Shown one piece after another: positions 35,826 to 47,966 of a stretch of DNA of 64,000 bases (position 1 is the stretch's first letter; each line of letters opens with the position of its first letter). A model generated the notes under the pieces. That model did no database searches and was not told the DNA's origin. It saw nothing but the letters and a program-made list of their open reading frames with translations. Origin of the DNA: Neoechinorhynchus agilis. Lineage: Eukaryota > Animalia > Acanthocephala. The position numbers and the translations under genes are program-made. Location of the stretch: positions 3,214,151 through 3,278,150 of the forward strand of contig CM121341.1 in NCBI GenBank assembly GCA_051530055.1, read 5' to 3'.

Positions 35826-37208
35826 TCATTTATCCAGTTCCGAATCACCATCATCACCATCATCATCTTCATCATCATCTTCTTCTCTTTCTTTAAATAG
35901 ACAATCCTGAGGTTGAAAATTCTTTAGATGATAAATGTATTTTCCAGTTGACTTATCTTTTTCTTCAACCATTATAATTTTTTCGCCTTCTCTATATGAG
36001 TTCCACCCATCCTTTTGTTTTAAAGTCAGTTCCGATTCGGGATCTTGATCATTTGGGCAAGCATTATTCTTAAGTTTCCGAAATTCGTCTGCTCTTCGTG
36101 CTAAAACATCAAGTGATTGCAATATCAACGTTTGATATTCTATAAATGATCTTTTAGGGCTCAAATAATTCTTTCCAGACTGAAGCAAAAGGTTTGCATT
36201 AATTTCCCTCTTCCATTTCTCACGCTGTAACATTTTGATGCAATAATCAACGTGATGTTCAGGAATCTCCACTTGAGAATTAAATTCATTTTGATCAGTA
36301 AACTTGTTATCAGTTGAAAGTAATGAATAGTCGTTGCACTTTATAAGTGTATAATCATTAGCTAAAATTTTAGCAGAAGCTTCCAGTAATTTTCCCTTTT
36401 GACTCACTACATCCGGATAATCACCATATTCCTCACTATCTTCCAACAATGACTCATTCTTTTGTTCATTGGTAGGCTCAGAATCGTCTTCGTCACCATC
36501 TAAAATACAAATTTCTTCGTCCTCTATCGAATCGTACAAGAGCTTTTCAAAAAAATCGCTAATTATTGTGTCGTCGGAACTTTCATCTTCTGGACTTCCT
36601 TCATTTTTCAGCGTATTCGATTTTATAGCGCCTTTATGCTGTTCAGAAACCTTTTCATTCGTTAAAGATTCACTTACAGCAATGTTTGTTCTTCTTAGAA
36701 ACTGACTACTGCTTTTATCAATTGAACTATCATCACTCAATGCATCAGCCTTTCCCGATGGAATCGTGATATTAGTATCGCCCATTGTGTTCAATCTCTT
36801 CTTTATCGCTTCCTCCATCTTTTTACTAAGAAAACAACCCCGATTTCTACGCATCATATTTTTCACCAATGAAACCGCAATAAAAGTGTACACTCCAAAC
36901 GAATAATTAATAATGAATTCCAAATTCTTGGTCTTAAAATTAATAGAAGTTATATCTTCCTGCATGATAACTGACGCATCTTTCTGAAGTAACGAAAATT
37001 GATCAACAACGAGGCTGGAAATAAAGCAAGCCTTCTCAAAATCAATTCCAATTCTGCAAATCACCGAGCCGTTCGGTGTAAACAAAATAAACATCTCGAA
37101 ATCTTTCTTTTTATAGCGATTCTGTAATTTCACGGTCAATGTCTCTATCGCTCTATCTTTCTCTTCATCTGTGCCACGATTATAACGAGATTCGCGGCAT
37201 TGATCCAT
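35826..37208 (-). CDS. 460-aa protein with a Roadblock/LC7-like N-terminus and a long acidic region
   Basis: Intact single-exon ORF. ETL..KLQ..FILFTPNG..I..ID..A..ISSLV..DITSINFKTKNLEFII..FIAV resembles the Roadblock pattern. Confidence 0.6.
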   Translation of the reverse strand: MDQCRESRYNRGTDEEKDRAIETLTVKLQNRYKKKDFEMFILFTPNGSVICRIGIDFEKACFISSLVVDQFSLLQKDASVIMQEDITSINFKTKNLEFIINYSFGVYTFIAVSLVKNMMRRNRGCFLSKKMEEAIKKRLNTMGDTNITIPSGKADALSDDSSIDKSSSQFLRRTNIAVSESLTNEKVSEQHKGAIKSNTLKNEGSPEDESSDDTIISDFFEKLLYDSIEDEEICILDGDEDDSEPTNEQKNESLLEDSEEYGDYPDVVSQKGKLLEASAKILANDYTLIKCNDYSLLSTDNKFTDQNEFNSQVEIPEHHVDYCIKMLQREKWKREINANLLLQSGKNYLSPKRSFIEYQTLILQSLDVLARRADEFRKLKNNACPNDQDPESELTLKQKDGWNSYREGEKIIMVEEKDKSTGKYIYHLKNFQPQDCLFKEREEDDDEDDDGDDGDSELDK

Positions 37209-37399
37209 TTAGGCAAGATTTTCCAGTACTAATTATTATACACCAAAATTGATCGAATTTCGGTTGTTATAGTGAAATTTGCAAAATCGAAAAAAATTGA
37301 CTAATTTCACATTTCAAAGCTTTGTATTTCCGGTGTTAAAGACTAGATTGACTCTCTCGAATGATTTTATCGTTATTTACTCTTCGTCAAATAAAGAGA

Positions 37400-38388
37400 G
37401 TCGGCGGCTTAAATTGTCGATATTTTTTCTTATTGTATTGTTATCCGGAAAATACACAAACAAGACCGGAAAATACACAAACAAGAATCGAAATTGAACT
37501 TTTTACATTACGAAACACTGACGGAAAGATGAAATTTAAAGAATTAGTCGCCTTCATTCTCTTCGATTTGTTTGAAGTTACGAATAGTTTGCAAAAGTCC
37601 ATTGGAGGTGGAAACCAAAACAGTTTTTGTTGTGTTCAATTTAAGCAATGACCAGAAATCATAATCTGTTTGTTTACAGCTTTTCCATGTCCTTACGTCA
37701 TAAATATATACTTTGCCAATAAACAATCGAAATTCTCTGGCTCTTTCTGTCTTATAATGAAAGAAGCAATAGTCAGGGAACACGGAAATGAATGTATCTT
37801 CCAATGAAAGCGGAAATCTAAGAAGAAATGAGCACGTGAAGTCAGCGGCTTAAATTGTCGATATTTTTTCTTATTGTATTGTTATACGGAAAATACACAA
37901 ACAAGATATCGAAATTGAACTTTTTACATTACGAAACACTGACGGAAAGATGAAATTTAAAGAATTAGTCGCCTTCATTCTCTTCGATTTGTTTGAAGTT
38001 ACGAATAGTTTGCAAAAGTCCATTGGAGGTGGAAACCAAAACAGTTTTTGTTGTGTTCAATTTAAGCAATGACCAGAAATCATAATCTGTTTGTTTACAG
38101 CTTTTCCATGTCCTTACGTCATAAATATATACTTTGCAAATAAACAATCGAAATTCTCTGGCTCTTTCTGTCTTATAATGAAAGAAGCAATAGTCAGGGA
38201 ACACGGAAATGAATGTATCTTCCAATGAAAGCGGAAATCTAAGAAGAAATGAGCACGTGAAGTCAGCGGCTTAAATTGTCGATATTTTTTCTTATTGTAT
38301 TGTTATCCGGAAAATACACAAACAAGATATCGAAATTGAACTTTTTACATTACGAAACACTGACGGAAAGATGAAATTTAAAGAATTC
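37400..38388. repeat. Tandem repeat, ~421-bp unit, about 2.4 copies
   Basis: Near-identical units; the same 86-aa minus-strand ORF occurs at 37544-37804 and 37965-38225. Confidence 0.9.
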
Positions 38389-38691
38389 AAGAACTCGGAC
38401 TGTAGCTTCAGAAAATCGTTTCACGAATAAAGAAAAAGTTCCACGCACACCCCTCAAATTCCACGATTTTATATGATTCCATCACACTAATCGATACTTT
38501 GTAATTGGTTATTGATGACGTATAAACTATTCATCGAAGTACGGAAGAATCGGAACTGGTTTTTGGGATGAATGCGCGTAATGCTTTTAAAATTGGTTGA
38601 ACGTTGCATTGTTCAGGTTTTAGCTTTCTGAGGATAATTTCTAAATAATTTATTAAGTCATTGCTTTTGGAGGTTCATTCTTGTACAATAA

Positions 38692-38736
38692 TTGACTGAA
38701 GAAGTCCAGTGTGATTGGACGATATATTTCAATTAA
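38692..38736 (+). ncRNA. Degenerate minimal hammerhead (GAAA changed to GATA)
   Basis: TTGA-CTGAAGA-A-GTCCA-GTGTGAT-TGGAC-GATA-TATT^TCAA, overlapping an ATTAAA. Confidence 0.6.
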
Positions 38737-39555
38737 AGTGATTCTTTGATATATAATTTTCGCCCACTTCCACATACTCGCAGATTTTATCTTTAAATAT
38801 CACAAGGTTGTTAGAGTTTATCTTTTTTTGTCTCCCCAAATATAGAATTGAATAAATTACTCTAAAATTTCAGCCATATAAAAACATGAACATTTTAAAT
38901 TTGGCTAGTTTTTTCGCACAACTTTAAAGCCCTATTTTCGTATTTCGATCGATACGATTAAACCGGATTTTCGTCAGAAATTCATTCAATTTTACACGTT
39001 TTCACGATATTCTGCAAAACCGACTGCAGCTATTCGTTTGTTGCACTCTACCAACGTGAACAATATTTCAGACTATTAATTTGATGGATGCATTCTTTAC
39101 TCAGCAAATGCGGTCGTATAATTCTGGTGTTAATTTTTTTATAATATTTTAATGGTCCAAGACTATTGGAAGCTTGAAGAGAATTTTAAACCTTAACTTC
39201 TTTATTTTAGCTTGATTATTAGAGATTTCATTGACCATAGAAAGTTAACTGATCATAACTGAGCTTTAAAGTATTTAAATGAAAATATTTTAAGTAAATT
39301 TGAAACTTTCAATAGCTTTAATATTATCAGTTTGTTTTTATCCAATGAATGGTTCTTTTTGAAGCTTTTCTTTATTTAAGAATTTCACGTGCTGAATGGG
39401 AACGATCACAATCGACTAAGTTTATAAAGATTTTTTAAATCGCGATGAGCCATATTTGTGGACTTTAGGTATCTTTTCGGTTTAAGAGCTGCTTAAAAAT
39501 AGTCTGAATTTTCCGAAAACTTTGTTGTTTTGTTTGTTTATTAATCCAACCTCAG

Positions 39556-40544
39556 ATGCCACTTTGCGGCCGTTCCAAAATAATAGGTGGAGTAAATCGA
39601 TCCAAACGGGATATTTCTATTTGTGAAACCTGCAAACAGTGCCGAACGCATGTTATGATTGTCTCACATTCGCTTTGTAAGAATTGTTTATGGCCGGAAA
39701 TTGAGGTTTGGATCTACTCATTTCCCGGTTGAGTAAATAGCCAAGTCTACCGACGTTTGAATAAAACTCTTGGTACGTGCGGAATCTTCTTAAAGGATCG
39801 TACACTTGTAAACGTGTCGAAACAAAGTGTCAATTCAATCGTTTTGGTCCATCTTCTGTCTTATTACTTGGATGATAGAATGCGCCGCGATCCACGCCAC
39901 TGGCCTTTCAGTTGCAAAAAACATCATTTCTTAATTGCCACTATCGATTCTGAGGATTTTTGTAGGAACCTTGGATTCCTAGTACATAGACTAAGTGAAC
40001 AAATTTCCGATGAAAATCGTTTCGAACGACTAAGTAAACTGGCAATTGCGTTAGATTGCACAAATGTTCTTATTTCCGATTGCATGGATGACATTTGTTC
40101 GATGTTTTTATACCAAATCACCTTAAATCGTTCAATTGGCAATTTAGTTGTGAAACCTCGTCTTTAAAAAATTTGACTAAAATCAATTAAGAATGCATTT
40201 TGTCAGAATTCTCTTGATCAAATGATTCATAAACGGTTTCGATCGCTAGTATTTTTCAGTCTTAATTCTTGACGAGATTTTACATGGTAATAAGGAAAAC
40301 TAATGCTTTTGTAGGTGAACACAACAACGTGAATATCTGGCGTCCACTTTGTAACCTAAGCAGAAAAGAGATAATTTTCTATGCTATATTTAATTCTCTA
40401 TTGCCTATGTGGACTCCAAAATCACTGACGGAAACCAGCGATAATGCCGTGTTCAATCTCGTACAGCAGTTTCTAGCAGAAGTTAACCATCGGTCTCCGA
40501 CGACAAACTGTACAATAACCGCATTAATGGGAAAAATGAAATAA
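39556..40544 (+). CDS. CTU2: Cytoplasmic tRNA 2-thiolation protein 2 (3 exons)
   Basis: CETC..CKNC N-terminus; RRLNKTLG..TLVNVS; LAIALDCTNVLISDC; VNIWRPLCNLSRKEIIFY; QFL..HRSPTT. Confidence 0.75.
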
Positions 40545-40652
40545 ATACCGGAATTTCAGGCGATTGTTTCGGAATTTTTTGCCTATTTACACCTGAGAAG
40601 TTTGTGTTAATACAAACAAACGAAACAAACACACAACAACAAAACGTTTAGA

Positions 40653-42990
40653 ACTGGCTGAACGTGTCTCTTCGAAGCTTGCGGACGGGGATGTTCGGGG
40701 GGCTGCTCGGTTATTGTCATCCTCCGACAGTTTCGCAAAAGGAGACAGCGAGACGCTACAAATACTCCGGTCGAAGCACCCACGTAGTAGCGGAAGTTTT
40801 GAAATTTCATCTCCTCTCATACAAGACAGGACGCCCACTCAAATTTCAGAGTTACAAAAGGCCATCTCATCTTTTGCAGATGGTTCGGGTCACGGGCTTG
40901 ACGGACTAAGACCTCAGCACCTAAAGGACATGATGTCCTTTTCAACTGGTGAAGCAGCTCTCTCTAGAAAGTGCGCTTTCTCGAATAATCGACCGCCTGA
41001 CTGGAGAGGACCTGAACCCCGTTGCAAAGGACCTATTTTTCGGAGCCTCATTGTGTGCGCTCACAAAAAAAGAAGGTGGGATCCGTTCCATCGCCGTATC
41101 TTCGACGATACGCCGACTCGCAGGAAAAATTCTGCAAACGTATTACAGAGAAAACCGGACAGCAACTTCGTCCAGTCCAACTGGGCTGCTGCACATCCTG
41201 CGGGGCGGAAGCTATTGTCCACTCGCTCCGAAACTTTGCTACGAGAATCTCAGAGCCGTGCGTGATTCTTAAGTGTGATTTTCAGAATGCCTATAACTCT
41301 CTCAATTGAGAATGCGTGTTCTGCGCAATTAGGAATCACGCACCAGAAGCCTTCCAGTATTTTCTCAATGCCTACGGGACGGCGACTCCTTTGCATTTCG
41401 AAGACCACCTCATTTGGTCCGAAAGAGGAGTGAAGCAAGGAGATCCTCTCGGTCCAATCGCATTCTCCCTAACAGTAAATCCAATAGCGCATTCTCTCCA
41501 TGCCAGCTTCAACGCTTGGTACTTGGATGACGCTACGCTCGGAGGTGATCCCTCCGTTGTACTGCGCGATTTGGAGACGCTGATTAGGGAGACCTCGAAG
41601 ATGGGCATTTAGCTTAATGCTGGAAAATGTGAGCTCCTTGTATTGAATATTGGAGACGCCGCCAAAGTCAAAGAACTAATGGCTGGGTTCGAGGCCGTAG
41701 CTCCAGGCCTGAAACTCGTGACTCGGGAACAACTCAGCCTCCTGGGCAGTTGCGTCTTCGATTCAAATGTGGAAGATGAGATCGGCCATATCATACCGAA
41801 ACTTTCGTTGCTGTGCGATAGGGTGAGCGCTCTCTCGGCTCATGAAGCCTTGTTTCTCATAAAGAACGCGCTCTTCATCCCCAAATTACTGTACACGGTT
41901 CGCACAGCAACATTTTTCAAACATAAGGTAGGATTGGCTAAGCTCGACGGCATGGTGAGGGCTTGTCTCGAGCGTATTTTAAATGTCCAGCTTTCAGATG
42001 AGGCGTGGCGACAAGCTTCTTAGCCTGTGTCATCTGGGGGATTGGGAATTCGGGCACTACTCGACCTTGCTTTGCCGGTTTTTCTTGGAACTTTTGAGGG
42101 AAGCCTACCAGTCTCGAAGAACATTTTGAAGGAAAAGTTCTGTCTTGACCGGGATTTCGTGGTGGCGGTTGAGGAATGGTGCCAGCAGACAGGCGCTAAC
42201 CATGTTCCCGATAATGGCCTCAGACAGTCGATCTGGGATGGACCTCTTGTCGCGAGAGCTCACAGCTCTCTACTTTCCGGTTCTCGCGATGGGGTCGTCC
42301 GAGCTAGACTGTTGGCAGTTTCAACACGAGAATCTGGGGCGTGGTTGGAGGCTGTCCCTCTGGCATCAGTGGGAACTCTTCTTACCGACGAGATAACGAG
42401 GATCGCAGTATCCTTAATACTTGGTCTCCCGATATGCAAGCCCCATCGATGTCGATGTGGGTCTTTGGTTGATGCTTTCGGGCGACACGGTCTCTTCTGC
42501 AGAAGGTCAGGAGGAAGGTTCTGACGCCATTCTGAAATCAATAACGCAATTTCTCGGGCGTTGAGAACGGCGAACTTCCCGAACATCCTGGAACCCGCCC
42601 ACCTCTGTAGACAGGACGGCCGTAGGCCCGATAGAATTTCGGTCTTCCCGTGGCGGGAGGGCAAATGCCTTCTCTGGGAGATGCCGCCAATGCAGCGGAA
42701 GGGAAGAAAATACGGAAATATCTTCACTTATCGCGGGCTCACTATTTTGTCCCCTTTGGGGTAGAGACGTATGGAGCGCTTGGCAGCTCGGCACTCTTTC
42801 TGCTCCAGGATCTCTCGAAGAAATTGAGAGAGGCAACCGGAGACTCAAGAGCAGGCGTATTCCTTCGACAAAATATCTCGCTAGCAGTACAACTTGGCAA
42901 TGCTGCCAGCGTGATGGCGACAGTCGAGGAAGGACAAAAGCTGGAATTCGGCGGGAGGTGGTGAGTGTGTTAATTGTCGAGAAATGAAGA
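40653..42990 (+). mobile_element. 5'-truncated CRE copy of the same family as 10413-13680, with several stops
   Basis: Colinear with 11236-13615; stops at ~41308, 41610, 42021 and 42522; deletion in the RLE domain. Confidence 0.92.
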
Positions 42991-43019
42991 TTGATTGAAT
43001 ACATTTATTTGATCTTAAA

Positions 43020-44580
43020 AAAATCACCACCGTCCACGAAGAAGAGACATCGCTGTACCCTCAGTGGTCGCGACCACACTCGCTGCGTTTCCTCTTTGGA
43101 TCGCGAGACCAATGTTTTGGCGCAGGAAGGCACCAGCTCTTGTATTTCCTGTCTTGGTCTGGAGTCTACTCGATAACTCCTTCGTAAATCTAAGTGCTGA
43201 GCTACCGAGCGCACTAATAATCTCCACTCTAAATTGTACAAAAACCTGAGATCTACTTAACTCTCTATATTTCGCCACCTTTCGGTCCTCCGCCCCCGGG
43301 CACTGCACCACAAACCTCCAGTTACTTGCCGCGAACGGGCGTCCCAGAGAAGACATTTGCCTTCTCGCCACTGGAATACGGTGACGCCATCCAGACGACG
43401 ACCATCCAGCCTGCACAGGTTGCTTGGCTCTAAAATGTTTGGGACGCTCACCGTATTTAGGGCACGCGAAATTACGTCGTTCAATTCAGCATTCCATGAG
43501 AAACGACCCCCCCCCTGATTTGTTGCAAACAAAACCATGTCTACCCAGTGGATCTACGATCATTCCACACCGATAAAGATGTACGACAGAAATCGGTAGA
43601 CCTAATCTTAAGGAAACTTCGATCCGAACTGTTTCGTCTACGAGGAGTGTTCCGGCGAATGCAATGGGTAGGGCTTCTGGCCATGCTCCCGATTCTCTTG
43701 TAGAGAGTGCCAGATACCTAGCCCGGTCGATCTCGCCGCGAGAGTCTGAAATTAGAAAACTATGAGCTCGGGCGACTCAAGGTTTATCCCCGTTAGATTG
43801 CTTCATTCACGGGAACTTGGTTGTAACCCGCCTTCGCCCACCATTCTTGGACCGCTACTAGAAATTCGTCCGCTAAACAGAACTTGGGTCCCAATATACA
43901 CTTTACCAGATCCCGACTTCCTTCGAATGATCCTAGAAACGCGGGCAACGACACATCTACTGTTTCTCGAATACTCAAGCCACCGGACGATACAGGCAAT
44001 GAAGCTTGTCGCCAGGCCTCGTCTGATAGCTGGATATTTAAAACGTGCTCGAGACACGCGTTCACAATGTCATCGAACTTCTTTAACTTATCGATGTGCT
44101 TGAGAAGGAAGCCGTGCGCAGTTTATAAAGTAGTTTCGGGATGAAGAGGGTATTCTTGATCAGGAATAGAGCCTCGTGTGACGAAAGTTCCCGGACTCTA
44201 TCGCAAAGTATCGTGATTTTCGGGAGAAGATGGTCGATTTCATTTTCCACATTAAAATCAAAAACGCAGCTCCCTAGAAGACTCAGTCGGTCTAGAGTGA
44301 TCAATTCTAAACCGGGTACCAGATTTCTAAAACCTTTGACGATTTCGCTCTGCGTTGACTCGTGTTCATTACCAACAGTTCGCATTTTATTGCATTAAGC
44401 TCAACGCCCAATCTCACAGTCTCCCTTACGAGTATCTCCAGATCTCGTAGTACTATGGAGGGATCACTTCCGAGCGTAGCCTCATCCAAGTACCGAGCGT
44501 TAAAGCTGGACTGGAGAGAGTGTACTATTGGCCAATTGTTTCGCAAAATATATTCGTCTTTAACGATCTCCCTCGGGTTT
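43020..44580 (-). mobile_element. CRE-clade element (third family), 5'-truncated and degenerate
   Basis: ARYLDEATLG, HEALFLIKN, AWRQASLPV, RESGAW, RRLDGVTVFQWREGKCLLWD, QNIGLAIQRGNAASV. Confidence 0.9.
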
Positions 44581-44733
44581 CGACAAGCAACCTAAATAAC
44601 AACATTTTTAGTCTCGTAATGAAAAGAACGGTTAGATGATTTTTGAACAATATTATTTTTCCTGAAAACGAATGGAGGACGCCTTCTCAAATACTATTTT
44701 TTCAATGATGATATCAAAATGATAACGCAAATA

Positions 44734-45225
44734 TCAATGATCGTATAAATCCTCGTCTAAATCACGAAGTTTGTTCATCTTCCTCTTTCTTGAAAATTTG
44801 GCCTCATCGGAAACCACATCCTTTTGCTCCAAAGCAATGTCTTCAATATCCTTCGCCCTTTGAAGAGGCTCAATAATGTCAATTTTCTGTTCATTTTTAT
44901 TCTCAACAAAGCAAACCGTAGTAAAATCGCTTTCTTTGAATGGAGTTCCCATATTATCCATATCGACATCTTTTAAGCTGTACTTTATCCATTTCGAAGG
45001 GTCGTGGAAAAATGAAATTTGTGGGAATTGAATAGCACGTTTTGGGATTAAAGGATTTGCATCGCAATCTTCTTGCTCGTCATCGGATCCCACGTTGAAT
45101 TGAACACTTTTTTTGATCAATTGCTCGCTGTTTAGGCCATCAAAGATAGCATGAGCGCGGCGAGAAAAATTCTCCGACGAACAATTCAACTGCCAGTTTT
45201 TATTGTAAATTGATTTCGTGTCCAT
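44734..45225 (-). CDS. TSSC4: TSSC4-like U5 snRNP assembly factor
   Basis: FSRRAHAIFDGL and DPSKWIKYSLKDV are the two conserved TSSC4 motifs. Confidence 0.7.
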   Translation of the reverse strand: MDTKSIYNKNWQLNCSSENFSRRAHAIFDGLNSEQLIKKSVQFNVGSDDEQEDCDANPLIPKRAIQFPQISFFHDPSKWIKYSLKDVDMDNMGTPFKESDFTTVCFVENKNEQKIDIIEPLQRAKDIEDIALEQKDVVSDEAKFSRKRKMNKLRDLDEDLYDH

Positions 45226-45414
45226 GGTGTTCAACTTTTAAAATAAACGCCTCAAAAACATAAGAGCAATTGCGAAAGAACGATAAATTCAATTATTACA
45301 TCATTAAAATTTATTTTGTCCCTTGTACCCGGCTTATCTTTTATGCCTGAAGCCAATCAATATATTTGGAAAGTATATCGCTAATTTCATGCAGGATAAC
45401 ATTCGAGTGGAAAG

Positions 45415-46420
45415 ATATTCTTATTGAGCCGTTCAAACCACGAGACGTATTCATGCTATTTAATATTTCATGGACAAAATCCACCTCTTCTGATATCCAC
45501 AAAAATTGGTTATTTTATGGGTTATCTTAGGCTCAGGAGAGCAGGTTAGCCGTGGTTCGGGAAGTTAATGTCCGCAGGAACCCCTGCGCGATGTTCGGCC
45601 CACTTTCAGCACCAAGTTGTTGTATATTTTGTAGGTGGTAGATTCGTTGGCTGATCGTTATTGCGTTGATCGGTTCGTCGCCTGGTAAACCCAAGGTAAC
45701 ATGGGGACCATCGGAATGGACAAGTCACCAAACAAAGCAGGACAAGATAAAGGTGGCACGTTCAACTCCATTTGGTCCAATGAAAGGAATAACATCATCA
45801 AGGTCCTGCGGTTAATGGGATATCCTAAGTGGGCTATTGATATGGCCAGCAAACGTAACAGGCGACGAACCGATCAACGCAATAACGATCAGCCAACGAA
45901 TCAACCACCTACAAAATATATCGCGCATTCTTTCATCAGTGAAGAGGCTAATAACAAACGACGGCCCCTAGTCAACGAAATAGGATGTTCGGAATGCGAT
46001 AAAAAGTATATTGGACAGACGAAGCAAGGTCTGAGCAAACGCATCCAACAGCACAAATACGCTTGTAGACGTTTCGATCAATCTTCGGCAATATCTAACC
46101 ACGAGCAGACAGCTCAACACCGAGTTGACTTTGACGGTGCTGCTATGATTATGGCCGAAGCGAACTGGACAATGGAGGGAAACAAGGGAAATTTTAGCCT
46201 CGTAGTCTCCGTCAACAACTTGGTGCTGAAAGTGGGCCGAACATCGCGCAGGGGTTCCTGCGGACATTAACTTCCCGAACCACGGCTAACCTGCTCTCCT
46301 GAGCCTAAGATAACCCATAAAATAACCAATTTTTGTGGATATCAGAAGAGGTGGATTTTGTCCATGAAATATTAAATAGCATGAATACGTCTCGTGGCTT
46401 GAACCGCTCAACAAGAATAT
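45415..46420 (+). mobile_element. Penelope-like fragment flanked by an inverted pseudo-LTR
   Basis: 45415-45622 is the reverse complement of 46213-46420. GIY-YIG: IGCSECDKKYIGQTKQGLSKRIQQH..SAISNHE..HRVDF. Confidence 0.9.
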
Positions 46421-46884
46421 ATCGCAAATTATTTTCATGAATTTTCGGTTGGACAAAACGCCATCGCGAAATCATTTACTCAAGGAATGGGTTTCATTTA
46501 CATTGGAATGATTTGGATGGAATTCTAAAAGACGATTACTTATATTCGATAATGCCAATAAAAGTAAGTGAGGATTTAGTCCTAAAGTAATTGTGAGTCA
46601 ATCTTTGCCTTCCAAAAGTGTATATATATCATGGCAAATAGAAACAAGGACGTTTTTATTGTATAAATAGAAAAGAAAGATGGATTTACTCATGGAAAAA
46701 ATTCTTCGATTATTACAAAATTCAGCAATAAAATCCCGTTTTCCACAAAATTGTCGCTTTTTGGAGTTTAATTTTTGATTGAACGGAATATTGGAACTGC
46801 ATCGCTTAAACCATTTTTCATATAAAAGCTCTCACTACTAAAACTAGTTTTATTCGCGGACTAATGAAACAAAATCAATACGCC

Positions 46885-47430
46885 TTATCTCGCCACTACT
46901 TCATATATTGGCTCATGTTTTTCGTTCATCATTCCTCGTGTCATCCAAACGAGATAAAAATGCCATAATCCGAAGAACAAGCAGCAGATCGAAGCCTTAA
47001 AATCCACTGACAACATTGCTAAAGATTCTAGACATATTCCAGTGGCGCCAATAATCCTGAGGATTTCAGCAACATTCCATTGACGGAACGCATGGAACGC
47101 TATATGAGCTGCGAACAGCGCTAAAAGTAAAATAAAATATATCTCCGCAAAATAACGAAGAGAATTCGAATTGTCAGACACTAAGTACATTCCACATCCA
47201 ATAGAAAGTGCTGCTATGTCTTTTAGGACAAAACAGACTGGAATCGGTAGCGAGTATTTTGGCTGTACTAGACTAAGGAACCAATCATGATTGAACCAGA
47301 ATACATATTCTACGATACGTTGGAGGGTTAGTGGCAGTAGAAGCAGCAATAGTAAAGGAAAACATCGTTCAAGGTTTGAGTAACACACTAGGCAAGATTT
47401 GCCACTTAAACGCATTATTGCCTCTAACAT
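46885..47430 (-). CDS. Divergent TspO/MBR-family five-TM protein
   Basis: WFLSLVQPKYSLP, GCGMYLV and SVDFKASICC..LW..YL follow the TspO pattern. Confidence 0.55.
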   Translation of the reverse strand: MLEAIMRLSGKSCLVCYSNLERCFPLLLLLLLPLTLQRIVEYVFWFNHDWFLSLVQPKYSLPIPVCFVLKDIAALSIGCGMYLVSDNSNSLRYFAEIYFILLLALFAAHIAFHAFRQWNVAEILRIIGATGICLESLAMLSVDFKASICCLFFGLWHFYLVWMTRGMMNEKHEPIYEVVAR

Positions 47431-47917
47431 ATTTTTCGGATATTGAATCGAACACAGTTTTATCGATTGCAGTCACGATTATCTTATCAAATCACGCTTA
47501 AATCGCGATCATGTGAGTATGTCATCGTGATTGAACGATTCTTCACATGACACCTTCCAAAGATAACGGTTTATTTTGTAGAATAAACACAAGTGCGGAT
47601 TTAATGCTTTAACAACCTTGTGATAAACGCGTACAAGATTGTGTTGAAATATCGCACTTTAAAAATAAAATCATTTTAATTTATCCGCCAGAAAACAAAG
47701 AAGTTATTCGCGAATAGAATGCGATTGAAACCCAAATATCATATCTAGAGAAAATCCACCGGGATATTAAATTTTGACTTGTATGGTGAAGATAATCCCG
47801 GTTAAAAATAATTTTATTGTTCTGAAATATTTCGGAAGTGAGGAAACCTCACCTTGAGGGATGAGCTGACGGACAGCGTTGCCCTCCTCTGATTCCTTTT
47901 CAGACAACCGAAGAAAA

Positions 47918-47966
47918 GGTTCCTGACGAAGACGCAAGGCGTCGAAAATTTGAAGCAAGAAATAAA
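47918..47966 (+). ncRNA. Minimal type I hammerhead
   Basis: GTTC-CTGACGA-A-GACGC-AAG-GCGTC-GAAA-ATTT^GAAG, then AATAAA at 47961. Confidence 0.75.
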
